The position numbers and the translations under genes are program-made. From positions 96,001 to 160,000 of the IMG/VR virus record IMGVR_UViG_3300021399_000004: DNA of 64,000 nucleotides. One strand, written 5' to 3'. The notes under the pieces are model-generated. The model searched no databases. It saw only the letters and a program-made list of their open reading frames with translations, and had not been told where the DNA came from. Below, piece after piece: positions 23,966 to 33,108 of this stretch (the first letter of the stretch is position 1; every line of letters starts with the position of its first letter). Source of the DNA: a virus.

Positions 23966-24069
23966 GATGGACACCTCCAAATTTTTTTCTGTTCCCCCTT
24001 GGAACAATTGTATTATAGCATACATCATTCATCCTGTCAACCCCTATTTTACATCTAAAAATGCATTAG

Positions 24070-24089
24070 TTAGATGTTGAAACATCTAA
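24070..24089. repeat. 20-bp palindrome, copy 34
   Basis: Centre GA. It lies 29 bp from the -35 TTGACA (24035-24040). Confidence 0.95.
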
Positions 24090-24105
24090 TTACTGTTTAA
24101 GGATT

Positions 24106-24143
24106 TAACTAATATTTAAACATCTAACTAATATTTAAACATT
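24106..24143. repeat. tandem 19-nt direct repeat TAACTAATATTTAAACAT(C/T)
   Basis: Copies lie at 24106-24124 and 24125-24143. The first copy, read into the start of the second, spells the palindrome half-site AAACATCTAAC; the second has the diverged AAACATTTAAG. Confidence 0.85.
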
Positions 24144-24428
24144 TAAGAATAAAATTCATCGCTGGAAGAGTTGATTAAAAACTGTAAAATAAAGTCAAGC
24201 GCGCAAAAATTATAATAGTTAAGTTCGTCAAATAAGGTCTTAATTTCACTTATTATGGCACAGATTTTAAAATAGAATGCGATGGCTACTGGTAGATAGG
24301 TGTAATAAAAAGATTTCCTTGATAATATATTTTTCTAACTGTGGGTGCTATCTTGGAAATGATATTATATTATAGTTTACAATTATTGTTAATTGAGTTT
24401 TGGGAAAATTAAATATGTTAAGATTAGA

Positions 24429-24448
24429 TTAGATGTCTAAACATCTAA
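24429..24448. repeat. 20-bp palindrome, copy 35 (one mismatch, TTAGATGTCTAAACATCTAA)
   Basis: Located in the AT-rich non-coding region with no clear promoter next to it. Confidence 0.9.
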
Positions 24449-24690
24449 CATGAAATAGTTAAATGTTGTAAAATTTTATATTAGTTGAGGGGGAAATGAA
24501 TGATATTTAAAATTAATAAAATATTATATAGATATGGGAATTGATTATTTGAAAATTTTTATTCCAAATAAAATAGCATTGAAAATGAAATATGCCCAGC
24601 TCGCATATAATTATAAAAATAATATTTTTTCTTCGGTCGATGCAAGCAGTTGGCGATAACAAAATATAATAATAAATGATAATAATAATT

Positions 24691-24719
24691 ATTATACCAC
24701 ATTTTGGGATAAAAGTCAA
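24691..24719 (-). promoter_or_regulatory. orphan cassette promoter (no ORF downstream)
   Basis: TTGACT (24714-24719), N17, TGGTATAAT (-10 at 24691-24696). Confidence 0.6.
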
Positions 24720-24727
24720 GAGACTAA

Positions 24728-24747
24728 TTAGATGTTAAAACATCTAA
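24728..24747. repeat. 20-bp palindrome, copy 36
   Basis: Centre AA. It lies 8 bp from the -35 at 24714-24719. Confidence 0.95.
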
Positions 24748-24926
24748 CTTGAAAATGAAATTGTAGGATTTTAAATTAGGAATTTTTATAATTTTATTTG
24801 AATAATAATTTAAAATAAAATTATGTTATTTTGCCAGCTCGCATTATTATGTTTATAGGAAAACATTCTTCGTTAATAATATTAAGTATCTGATATGAAA
24901 AGAAAATAAAATTAAAGATATTATTT

Positions 24927-24955
24927 ATTATACCACGTTTCAGGAAAAAAGTCAA
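24927..24955 (-). promoter_or_regulatory. orphan cassette promoter (no ORF downstream)
   Basis: TTGACT (24950-24955), N17, TGGTATAAT (-10 at 24927-24932). Confidence 0.6.
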
Positions 24956-24963
24956 GTCTTAAA

Positions 24964-24983
24964 TTAGATGTTTAAACATCTAA
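24964..24983. repeat. 20-bp palindrome, copy 37
   Basis: Centre TA. It lies 8 bp from the -35 at 24950-24955. Confidence 0.95.
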
Positions 24984-25182
24984 CTTGGAAATGAAATAAG
25001 ACTGTTATGGGAGAAAATTTTTTATATATTCAACTTATATATTTTGTCTATTTAAAAATAAAATAATAATGTAATTAAAATAATACGAGCTTCAGCTTGC
25101 ATATCATTTCGGGTTTTACTCTTGCTTTCGTGGATCAATGATAACATTTGAAAACTAAATTGAAATCAAAAAGTAATTATCT

Positions 25183-25211
25183 ATTATACCATATTTTGGG
25201 AAAAAAGTCAA
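25183..25211 (-). promoter_or_regulatory. orphan cassette promoter (no ORF downstream)
   Basis: TTGACT (25206-25211), N17, TGGTATAAT (-10 at 25183-25188). Confidence 0.6.
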
Positions 25212-25219
25212 CCTTAAAA

Positions 25220-25239
25220 TTAGATGTTCAAACATCTAA
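25220..25239. repeat. 20-bp palindrome, copy 38
   Basis: Centre CA. It lies 8 bp from the -35 at 25206-25211. Confidence 0.95.
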
Positions 25240-26148
25240 CTTCAAAATGAAATAACATCTAACTAAATATTTAAACATCTAACTAGACATATAAATATTA
25301 AAATAATTTAAAACTGCTTTAAGAATTTTAGGATTATGGCAAATGAAAAGAACATTCCAAAATAAAATAGTGATTGAAATGAAATTAACATTTAATATTT
25401 GGGATTTTTATTATTTAATTTTATCTAAGAGAAAAAATAGTGCTAGAAAATAAAATTATATTAAATTTTTAGAGTAAAAATTATTTCAAAGACATCTAAC
25501 AAGGCAGATGTATTATGGGATCTATAGTTGTAATATTTTGTTATATAAAAATATTACAATTAAATTTCAAATTGATAGAATTTAAAGAGTGCTTTCAGTT
25601 TTATTTTTAAAATATAATTATGGGTTTTGGTCTGTTTAAAAATATATTAATAAAAATAAAATAAAATGAAATGAAATTAAATCATGATTAATTAAAGTTG
25701 TATACTATTTAATTTATTATATAGAATTTATACTTCATTTTAAATTTAGAAGTTTTAGGACTACTATTATAAAATAAAATGAATAGAAAAAATAAATAAA
25801 ACAAAACGAAATTAGAATTAATTTTAAAATACTAATTTACATTATAATATTGGGATTTAAAAGATAGCATATTAGTTATAATTTTTAAATATTTTATAAA
25901 ATGAAATTGTAAAAATTTAGTTTTGGGTTTTTTCTTTTTCTTTTTTTAATTCTAAAAAATATTTAAAAATAAAAATGAAATTATAGGATTAAGCAAAAGG
26001 TTTAAAATAATTATTTTTTTATAGTTTTTAAAAATGAAATTGTGTTTTGGGATTTAGCATTTTTTTTATAATCTTAATAAAAATAATAAAAATAAAATAA
26101 AATTACTTTACTATGTTTTGATTTAACTATACATTATTTTACTGTATA

Positions 26149-26470
26149 TTATATATACACATATATGTATATACATATGTATATATGTATATATGTATAT
26201 ATGTATATGTATATGTATATATGTATTATATGTATATATGTATGTATATATGTATACATATATGTGTATATGTGTATATATATGTATATGTATATATGTA
26301 TATGTATATATGTATATATGTATGCATGCATTATATGTATATGTATATGTATATGTATATATAGACTTGTATAAATATATGTATATACATATAAATATAT
26401 TTGTACATACATGTATATATAAGTATATTTAATTATATGTATATATTTATGTATACTTACATCTAACTAT
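26149..26470. repeat. imperfect (TATATG/TATACA)n alternating pyrimidine-purine microsatellite, about 320 bp
   Basis: A nearly unbroken Y-R alternation built of TATGTATATA-type units. The three overlapping ORF-track entries here are translations of the repeat. Confidence 0.9.
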
Positions 26471-26588
26471 GTATAAATGCATAAAAAGATCTATATGTAT
26501 ATATGTATAAATATAAATAATTATCAATATTTTTATTTATTTATATGTAAGGAATGAATAAATATATTAATAATCATAAACAATATAC

Positions 26589-26625
<37 letters not shown>

Positions 26626-27158
26626 TCTTTTATTGTAAAATCTATCATTATTATAAAGCGACAAATATTATAATGTTTATTATAAATATTAATATTACTT
26701 ATTATATTTTGATTATTTAATTTATTTTAATTAGCAGCTGCGAAAATTTTATTAATAATATATTATTATCGCTGATCTATTTATCTCTTGTTCATTAATA
26801 TATTATAATAACTCACGTGCCTGACACTGGCTATGTATAAAGTTAAGAAACTTTTCCATAAAGGCGCCCTTCCTACATAGTTCTTTGAAGAAGAAGAAGA
26901 TGAATAACTAAATAATCTTAACATCTAAAAAGATACATCTAAAAATTCTGAGTTTGTTTAGCTCTTTTATTTATAAACATAAAGTAGCTTGCTCTTTTGG
27001 ATATAAATGTAATGTGGCTTATCGGTTATTGTTAGATGTGTTAAAAATTATATGATGGTTATTTTTCAGCTCGTTTTTAGATCATTTTTTATTGCGACTT
27101 TATTCAACTGTATATGCACACATCTAAATAATGAGTTAGAAGAACCATACAAAAAGTC

Positions 27159-27182
27159 CCTCTGCCCGGCGGGGCAGAGGGT
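27159..27182 (-). terminator. strong GC hairpin terminator at the end of the GC-rich operon
   Basis: CCCTCTGCCC-ggcg-GGGCAGAGGG. On the minus strand it is followed by ACUUUUUG. Confidence 0.7.
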
Positions 27183-27196
27183 GGAAGGGAAGGGGC

Positions 27197-27400
27197 TCAC
27201 CCCTTCCTGCAGCAGAAGTGAGTGGTCACGGGGTAGAGCCGCATGATATGCTTAACGATTTCGTAGGTGCCGCGGTAGGACGTCTCGTCATTGACTTCCC
27301 ACTCTTCACCGGTTTCAACGACGCGGAGGCGGTAACCGAGGCAGAGGTAGTTGGTGGCAGTGGCATAGTCGCCATGGGAAATCTTGAATTCCTTCATCAT
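27197..27400 (-). CDS. hypothetical protein (67 aa)
   Basis: In-frame start MMKEFKISHGDY after GAAAGGAAGG, within ORF 27197..27616. The TGA lies in the loop of GGAAGGGG-ctca-CCCCTTCC (27188-27207). Confidence 0.5.
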   Translation of the reverse strand: MMKEFKISHGDYATATNYLCLGYRLRVVETGEEWEVNDETSYRGTYEIVKHIMRLYPVTTHFCCRKG

Positions 27401-27464
27401 TGTATGTACCTTCCTTTCATTTGATGGGTCGGGCGGGGAGGGGGTGTGCCCCTCCCCGTTCGTC

Positions 27465-27683
27465 TTACCACAACCACTGGCGGATTTCCTGCATGATGCC
27501 GCGGTTCCAGTTGCGGCGGTCTTCGAAGTAGAACCCGCGCGCCTCGGGGTAGTGTTCGCGCGCCTTGCTGTACTTGCGCTCCTTCCACAGGTCAAGTTCG
27601 TCTTCGTCGAGGTCAAGGTTCAAGGTGTAGCGGTCGATCTCGATCTCGTCGCCGCACTCGTCAATCATAATCAGTACCATCAT
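27465..27683 (-). CDS. hypothetical acidic protein (72 aa)
   Basis: ORF track, in the GC-rich island. Confidence 0.5.
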   Translation of the reverse strand: MMVLIMIDECGDEIEIDRYTLNLDLDEDELDLWKERKYSKAREHYPEARGFYFEDRRNWNRGIMQEIRQWLW

Positions 27684-27743
27684 TTTTGTATCCTCCTTTT
27701 TTGTGGTGGGGAGGGGAGGGCTTGCGCCCTCCCCCGAGGGGCT

Positions 27744-28055
27744 TTACTCGGCTTTGGTCTCGTACCAGTAATCGTCGTTGGTGTTCCAGGCGTGGAACTT
27801 GTGCAACCACTCATTGTTCCAGAACTTGATCACGTCCTTGTAGTTCCAGTAACCGCGGTACCACGCATACAGGTGGGTGGTGTAGGTGAAGGAAACGGTG
27901 GCGGTGTAACCGGTGCTGTCCTTCGCGTCGCCCTCGAAGCGGAGGGTCAGCGGGCGGCGGTCGGTGTAGAAGAAGGAGCAAGCGGTGGCGAGCCAGCGGA
28001 GCATGTTGATCAGGTCGGTGTAGCAGGGGGCATGGACGGTGATGGTGCACTTCAT
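27744..28055 (-). CDS. hypothetical protein (103 aa), paralogue of 23654..23965
   Basis: ORF track. It shares the C-terminal WNTN(D/E)xYW motif with the paralogue. Confidence 0.55.
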   Translation of the reverse strand: MKCTITVHAPCYTDLINMLRWLATACSFFYTDRRPLTLRFEGDAKDSTGYTATVSFTYTTHLYAWYRGYWNYKDVIKFWNNEWLHKFHAWNTNDDYWYETKAE

Positions 28056-28125
28056 GGTGTTTTCTCCTTTCGTGGTTGAAGAGATTTGAGGTGGGTGGGG
28101 AGGGCTCGCGCCCTCCCCGTGGGAA

Positions 28126-28782
28126 TTACCCCAGCAGGTTGTACGGGTTCTCAGCGATCCAGCGGGTCTTGGCCGGGGCCTTGGGGTTGAGCCAGTTCTG
28201 AATGGACATCGTGGTGGTGCCCTTGCTGCTCACCTTGAAGGTGTCCGTGCGGAACCAGTAGAGGGGGTCGCCCTTGGCCCGAGGGAACTCGGCGAGCCAG
28301 TCCATCCAGTCGCACCAGCGGGCGAGGACGAACACATCGTTGGCGGGGTTGAACACGACCAGCAGGGACGTCCGGGCGGCGAAGTTGTTGACGAGCGCCT
28401 CCGGGGAAGGCAGGACCCCGTGATAGGTCAACCACGTCCCGCCGCCGCTCTTGCACTCGACCGGACGACCTTCCCAGTACAGGTCGGTCTTGCCCTGCGA
28501 GCGGGGGAACAGGTCGCCCCAGTGGCAGGTGGTGGCCTTGCGCCAGTACAGGCGCAGCATCGCCTCGGCCGTCTTGCCGCCCCGGCCCCAGTCCGCGGTG
28601 TTCCACAGACCGCTGACCCAATTGATGGCGGGCATCCACAGGTCGCGGGGCACGATGGTCTTGTTGAAGTCGAGGCCCTGTTCGGCCAGCCACTCCCACG
28701 CCTTGCCACCGCACAGGTCGGCGGGCAGGGTGGACTGCAGAGTGGCGAGAATCTCGGGGGTCAGGCGGGTGATCATGGACAT
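28126..28782 (-). CDS. hypothetical protein (218 aa), possible PD-(D/E)xK-type nuclease
   Basis: ORF track 28126..28974. The start MSMITRLTPE follows AGGAGG. GKTDLYWEGRPVECKSG fits a D...ExK pattern; this is weak evidence. Confidence 0.5.
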   Translation of the reverse strand: MSMITRLTPEILATLQSTLPADLCGGKAWEWLAEQGLDFNKTIVPRDLWMPAINWVSGLWNTADWGRGGKTAEAMLRLYWRKATTCHWGDLFPRSQGKTDLYWEGRPVECKSGGGTWLTYHGVLPSPEALVNNFAARTSLLVVFNPANDVFVLARWCDWMDWLAEFPRAKGDPLYWFRTDTFKVSSKGTTTMSIQNWLNPKAPAKTRWIAENPYNLLG

Positions 28783-29076
28783 GGAATAGCCTCCTTTTTC
28801 GGTCGTCCTGCCGGTTTTCCTAATTCCGGCAGGGGGGGTGGGGGATGTCCGGGAGGCGGTGGGGCTTGCCTGCCCTGCCGTTTTCCCTCCCGGCAACCAT
28901 AGTATAGCACACCGCCCCCAAATCCCGGTTTTTTCTTTTTTCCCAGCCGGGGGTATGGATTTGGGAGGCATCACCCCCGGAAAACGGTTCTCGCGCGCAC
29001 CTGCACTTTTTCCACCAACTTTTTATTTTCACAACTTTTATTCCAAAACTTTTATTTCAACAAACACCTCAAAGAC

Positions 29077-29106
29077 TTGACATCCCTAATCCCCACGTGC
29101 TATAAT
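29077..29106 (+). promoter_or_regulatory. sigma-70/sigma-A type promoter at the head of the rightward module
   Basis: TTGACA (29077-29082), an 18-nt spacer, TATAAT (29101-29106). GGAGG and the start follow within 30 nt. Confidence 0.7.
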
Positions 29107-29132
29107 ATAAATATCAGGAGGTGTTAACATGT

Positions 29133-30428
29133 ATGAAAAAACCCTATTCATTGGACTTTAGCATAGAACGTGATATCGACCGCGTAACCGCCGTGGCTGA
29201 CATCCTTGACCAATTACCAAAAACGCCATCCGATACCGAACTCGAACAGATGGCTTCCTATATTCTTTGGGGCAAAGACGAAGACGGCTATAATGCCGTC
29301 CAACGGGGAGAAGTTACAAACGGTAATACCCGCTTCTCAAGCTACCGCCGCAAAGACGACAAACTTCTCTCCCTTGACGAAATCGTTGATAACCCACTTT
29401 CCGACCAACAAGCTCTCGCTTCTCCTCACGTCCGCACCGTTTATACCAATAAAAAACCCCAAATTGTGCGGCCGCACCGTGGCAAGGGCGGGGTATGGGA
29501 TCCAGGAGATAGCGAAATTCCTGGCATGACAGAACTTTGGGAACGTATAGACCGCCTTGATCATTAGCTTGCCGTCCTCGAAGGAAAAGTTCCCCCAGAT
29601 GAAACCGTCCAAGTTTGGTTGGATAGTTACCGCATTTACCAACTTAAACATATTTTAATTGACTTACGGCGTCACCAATACTATCTTAAAGATAGCTACA
29701 AGCCAACCCTTCATTTCCTCAATATCGACCACCCAAAACCCCAATTTGTTGATTGGGACTCGGATTCCTTTTACTGGATTCCATACGAAGAATGGTCCGC
29801 GCGCGTAACCTCTTCCCTCCTCCCTATCTCCCAAAACCTAGAAGATTATGAAACAAAAGATTGCGGCGGGAAAATTTTTGTTAAATGGATTGTATCTCGT
29901 CACCACTTTAATTGGGAAGATCCACTTCATGTGCGCGCGCTCATCAACAACTACGATGCGCTTTACGATTAGCTTTACGAAAAGCTAGACACAAGCGGCC
30001 GCACCCTTATCTTTGACTTTGAACGCTACCGTGAAATGGCACATTTTAGCGAAATTCGCAATTATTTGCTTGACCTAAAAATCGCCCGCTATTCTTACGC
30101 CACCATCTCCCAAATGCTTTTATCTACCTACGGCCTTTACTATAATGAAAATCACCTAAGTACAATTTTTGCCAAAGAAATCCCTCAACAATTGGCAGAC
30201 ACGGCAAAGAAACACCGCCTTATCTTGGAAACACCGCCAGATCAACTAAAAACATGTTTCCGTTGCGGCCGTGCCTTACCCCGTGACCCATTATTCTTTA
30301 CACGTAACCGCAGCCGCAAAGATAAATTTTCCTCCAATTGTAAAGAATGTGAGCGATTGAGGCGTATAAAAGGAGGTTAGCCGCAACATGACAGAAGAAG
30401 TAAAGAAGCGACTTTGCATTCGTTGTAA
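29133..30428 (+). CDS. sigma-region-4-like HTH and zinc-ribbon protein (putative late regulator), 3 in-frame TAG
   Basis: One frame joins ORF-track fragments 29121..29567, 29619..29972 and 30036..30380. IRNYLLDLKIARYSYATISQMLLSTYGLYYNENHLSTIF looks like a sigma region 4 HTH. It also has CFRCG...CKECE. The first non-TAG stop is TAA 30426-30428. Confidence 0.5.
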
Positions 30429-31335
30429 GCAAGAACGCGACCCTAGTCAATTTTAGTATACGCCTTCTCCATTCTTCCCTCGTCATCGCTCTTTAATTTG
30501 CACGCCTTGCTTAGAAGCAATGGTTAAACCAGATAACTTCAATTAGGTTGACGCACTTTGCCGCTATTTAGACCTGCCCTTCGATTTAAACAAATGGACT
30601 GCATTGTATGCTACCCATAAGGAGCATACACTTACCGCCTATTTTAATACAATTCTTGATACCCACTATCAAGCATTAAGTTGGGAAGATGAGAATGAAC
30701 GGTGGAAGCTCGCCAAGGAAGAAGGCACCATTGATGATGAAATTAAAGCAATTAGTGAAGCAAAAATGCGGCAACTCAAGAAAACATGGTCTGCCGCCTA
30801 CACTCCAGAAGAACTTATATTCCTTGATACCTTCTATAACCAAATTATAACAACCCAAAATGTTTCTACTCCAATTTTATAGCATTACGCGCGCGACCTT
30901 TGCGAAATTGAGTTAAGAATTAAAAAGGGCTTGCGCGAAGGCGTAGATGTAAAGAAAGACATGGATGCCCGCGACAACATTATTAAAATTGCCCACTTCG
31001 AGGCAAGTAATGCTAAAAACGCGGCTGACTTTGAATCTGTCGGAGAGCTAATGGTTTATTATGGAAAGAAGGGGTGGCATCCGCAATGGCATACCGAGCC
31101 TAAAGACTCTATTGACTTTATGATGGAAAACATTCAAAATTATTTGAAGAGACTGGCTATAAATGAAGGAAACTTTGCTGAACAAGTAGAAGATAAAAAA
31201 TAGAGATATAATATGACGGAGCGCTTAGAGGCTATTGAAAATGAGCAAGTTGAATTTGATGAAAGCGCAGGCATTACATATGAAGGGGAAGATGAATTTG
31301 CAGCAGAATTAACAGGAGGCACTGCCGATGGATAA
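30388..31335 (+). CDS. hypothetical protein, possible small terminase by position, 4 in-frame TAG
   Basis: ATG 30388 lies 11 nt after GGAGG. One frame joins 30604..30882 and 30931..31203. It has an N-terminal CIRC...CTPC ribbon. It ends at TAA 31333-31335, overlapping the terL start (ATGGATAA). Confidence 0.45.
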
Positions 31336-33103
31336 TTCAGTACAAGAAACTATCCCAATTGAAAAAGGTGTCGTCCTTAGTAAAGAATTTTTGGATAAAA
31401 ACGAAAAACTTTTCACTAAATATTTAAACTATTGGCTTTTATATCCAGACGCCTTCTTAGACGCAATTCAAAAAAAGGATGATGCAAAAAATTTTCACCT
31501 ACTTCCATATTAGCGTATAGCTTTGCGCGCGTCCCTACGTTACAGATACCACTATTGGACTGCAACGCGCGCGGCATCTAAATCTTTTACCGCATATTTA
31601 GCAAGCTACGTCCGAGCAACTCTATTACCAAATTCTACTATAATGATTGCCTCTGATACGAAAGGCACCGTTATCAAAATTGCGCAAGCAAAATTTGAGG
31701 AGATTTTTACACATTGGCCGCTATTACGTAACGAACTCACTACTAGGGTAGATGATGGAAAAACAGGACAAAAAACCAGCGGCAACTACTATGAGCTATA
31801 TTTAAAAAATGGTTCTATGATTTCTGTCGTTTCTAAGGATACAAGCCGTGGTTTGCGCGCGAACGCCGCAATTCTTGAAGAGGCCGCTCAAATTTCCGAA
31901 GAAGCATATACAGAAGTTCTTTTGCCGCAAATGAACGTAAAAAGAAGAGAAGTAGATGGCACATTAAATTAGGAAGAGCCATCTAGCCCTCAAATTTTTA
32001 TAACAACAGCCACTGACCGCACTGCCTTTATGTATAGCAAACTAATAGAATGTGCAGTAAATATGGTTTTGCGGCCGAAGGAGTACTTTGTCTGGGGTTT
32101 AAGTTACGAAGTACCACTACATTATGGCCTTATCGATCGCGCAACAATAATGGACCAAAGATATTCAAATAATGTAAGCGATGAATCGTTTTTGCGCGAG
32201 AATATGAGTGTTTGGACTGGCAACAATAAGGAGGCTTGGCTCGATTCTAAGCGCCTTGTCAATCGACGTACTTTATTAAAATGTGAGCGAAAAGCGCAAG
32301 AGAATCCATAGAATCCAGATACTTTTTATTTACTAAGCTGTGACGTAGGCCGCTATAATGCGAATACAGCAATAATGGTTTTTAAGGTTTTACCGCGCGA
32401 AAACTATTTCCAAAAAAATCTTATCTATACAGAAGTCATCCATGGCGCAAATTATATAACCGAATAGGCGCCAAGAATTAAAAAATTAATTGAGTTATAT
32501 CATCCACGAGAGGTTGTGATCGATGGAAACGGGCCAGGAATTGGTCTACTCGACGCGATGGCGCTTCCCTCTTTTAATGCTAAAACTGGTGAGCAATTCC
32601 CGGCTTATTATGTCTTTAATAATGATCATCACTTGCCGCCAGAGATGAAAGCAGGAGCAGAAGAGCCAAAGCCAGAATATAGCGCAATTATTTATGACAT
32701 AAAAGCTGGCGCGACTAATGATGATGAAATCCATTCTAATTTCTTTACTCAAATTAATAATGGTACGGTATCATTACTGGCGAATGAGCGCATTGTAAAA
32801 GATAAATTATTATAGACAAAAAAGGGATAGCGGATGAGTCTATATGATAGAAGAGTATTTTTGTTACCCTATGAAATGACTTCTCGTTTAATAGACGAAT
32901 TAAATAATTTAAAATTAAAGCCAACTGGAGTTTAGAATCAATTTAAAATTGAAAGAATCTCACATTCCTTAGAGAAAGACCGCTTTAGCTCTATGGAATA
33001 TGGTTTATATAGAATTAAACATTATGAAGAGAAAGCATATTAGAAGAAACGCCGCTTTGACGGTAAAAGATTTGCTTTCTTCTCTCCTAAAAAGAGGGGG
33101 TGA
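31328..33103 (+). CDS. terL: terminase large subunit, 591 aa, 8 in-frame TAG
   Basis: One hand-checked frame joins 31328..31513, 31523..31972, 32030..32311 and 32516..32815. It has FHLLPY[TAG]R (the conserved Q of the TerL adenine-binding motif), a Walker A-like TATRAASKS, a Walker B-like AAILEEAA, and nuclease-domain-like SCDVGR and VVIDGNGPG. It ends at TGA 33101-33103. Confidence 0.85.
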
Positions 33104-33108
33104 TAATC

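Noticed and set aside
24513-24719. A 68-aa ORF lies in the AT-rich region.
   Set aside because: It starts upstream of, and runs through, the orphan promoter. It has Ile/Tyr-rich low complexity and no RBS.
6135-25239. The 38 regularly recurring identical 20-bp repeats could be a CRISPR array.
   Set aside because: The intervals are 200-1,100 bp, highly variable, and contain promoters, RBSs and complete ORFs. The repeat is a perfect palindrome of only 20 bp with a variable centre. No cas genes or leader are present.
6135-25239. The palindrome could be a rho-independent terminator or an RNA hairpin.
   Set aside because: The stem would be AT-rich and no U-tract follows it. Separate GC-rich hairpin terminators already lie between each stop codon and the palindrome. 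The helically phased spacing to the -35 box points to DNA-level recognition.
6135-25239. The cassette array could be an integron-like system, with the palindromes as attC sites.
   Set aside because: No integrase or attI is seen in the window. Every cassette has its own promoter, and the sites are short perfect palindromes rather than 60-140-bp imperfect attC structures. Only the looser analogy of junction-mediated shuffling is kept.
26149-26432. Three overlapping ORF-track entries encode Y/I/H/C/M-rich proteins.
   Set aside because: They are translations of the TATATG/TATACA microsatellite in different frames and strands. They have no RBS and no complexity.
27384-28902. Long ORFs lie on the + strand and in alternative minus frames (27384..28079, 28151..28714, 28420..28902, 28428..28709, 28451..28789, 27811..28050).
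   Set aside because: They are shadow ORFs typical of GC-rich DNA: Arg/Pro/Gly/Ala-rich, with no RBS, and overlapping the better-supported minus-strand genes that have GGAGG sites and terminator hairpins.
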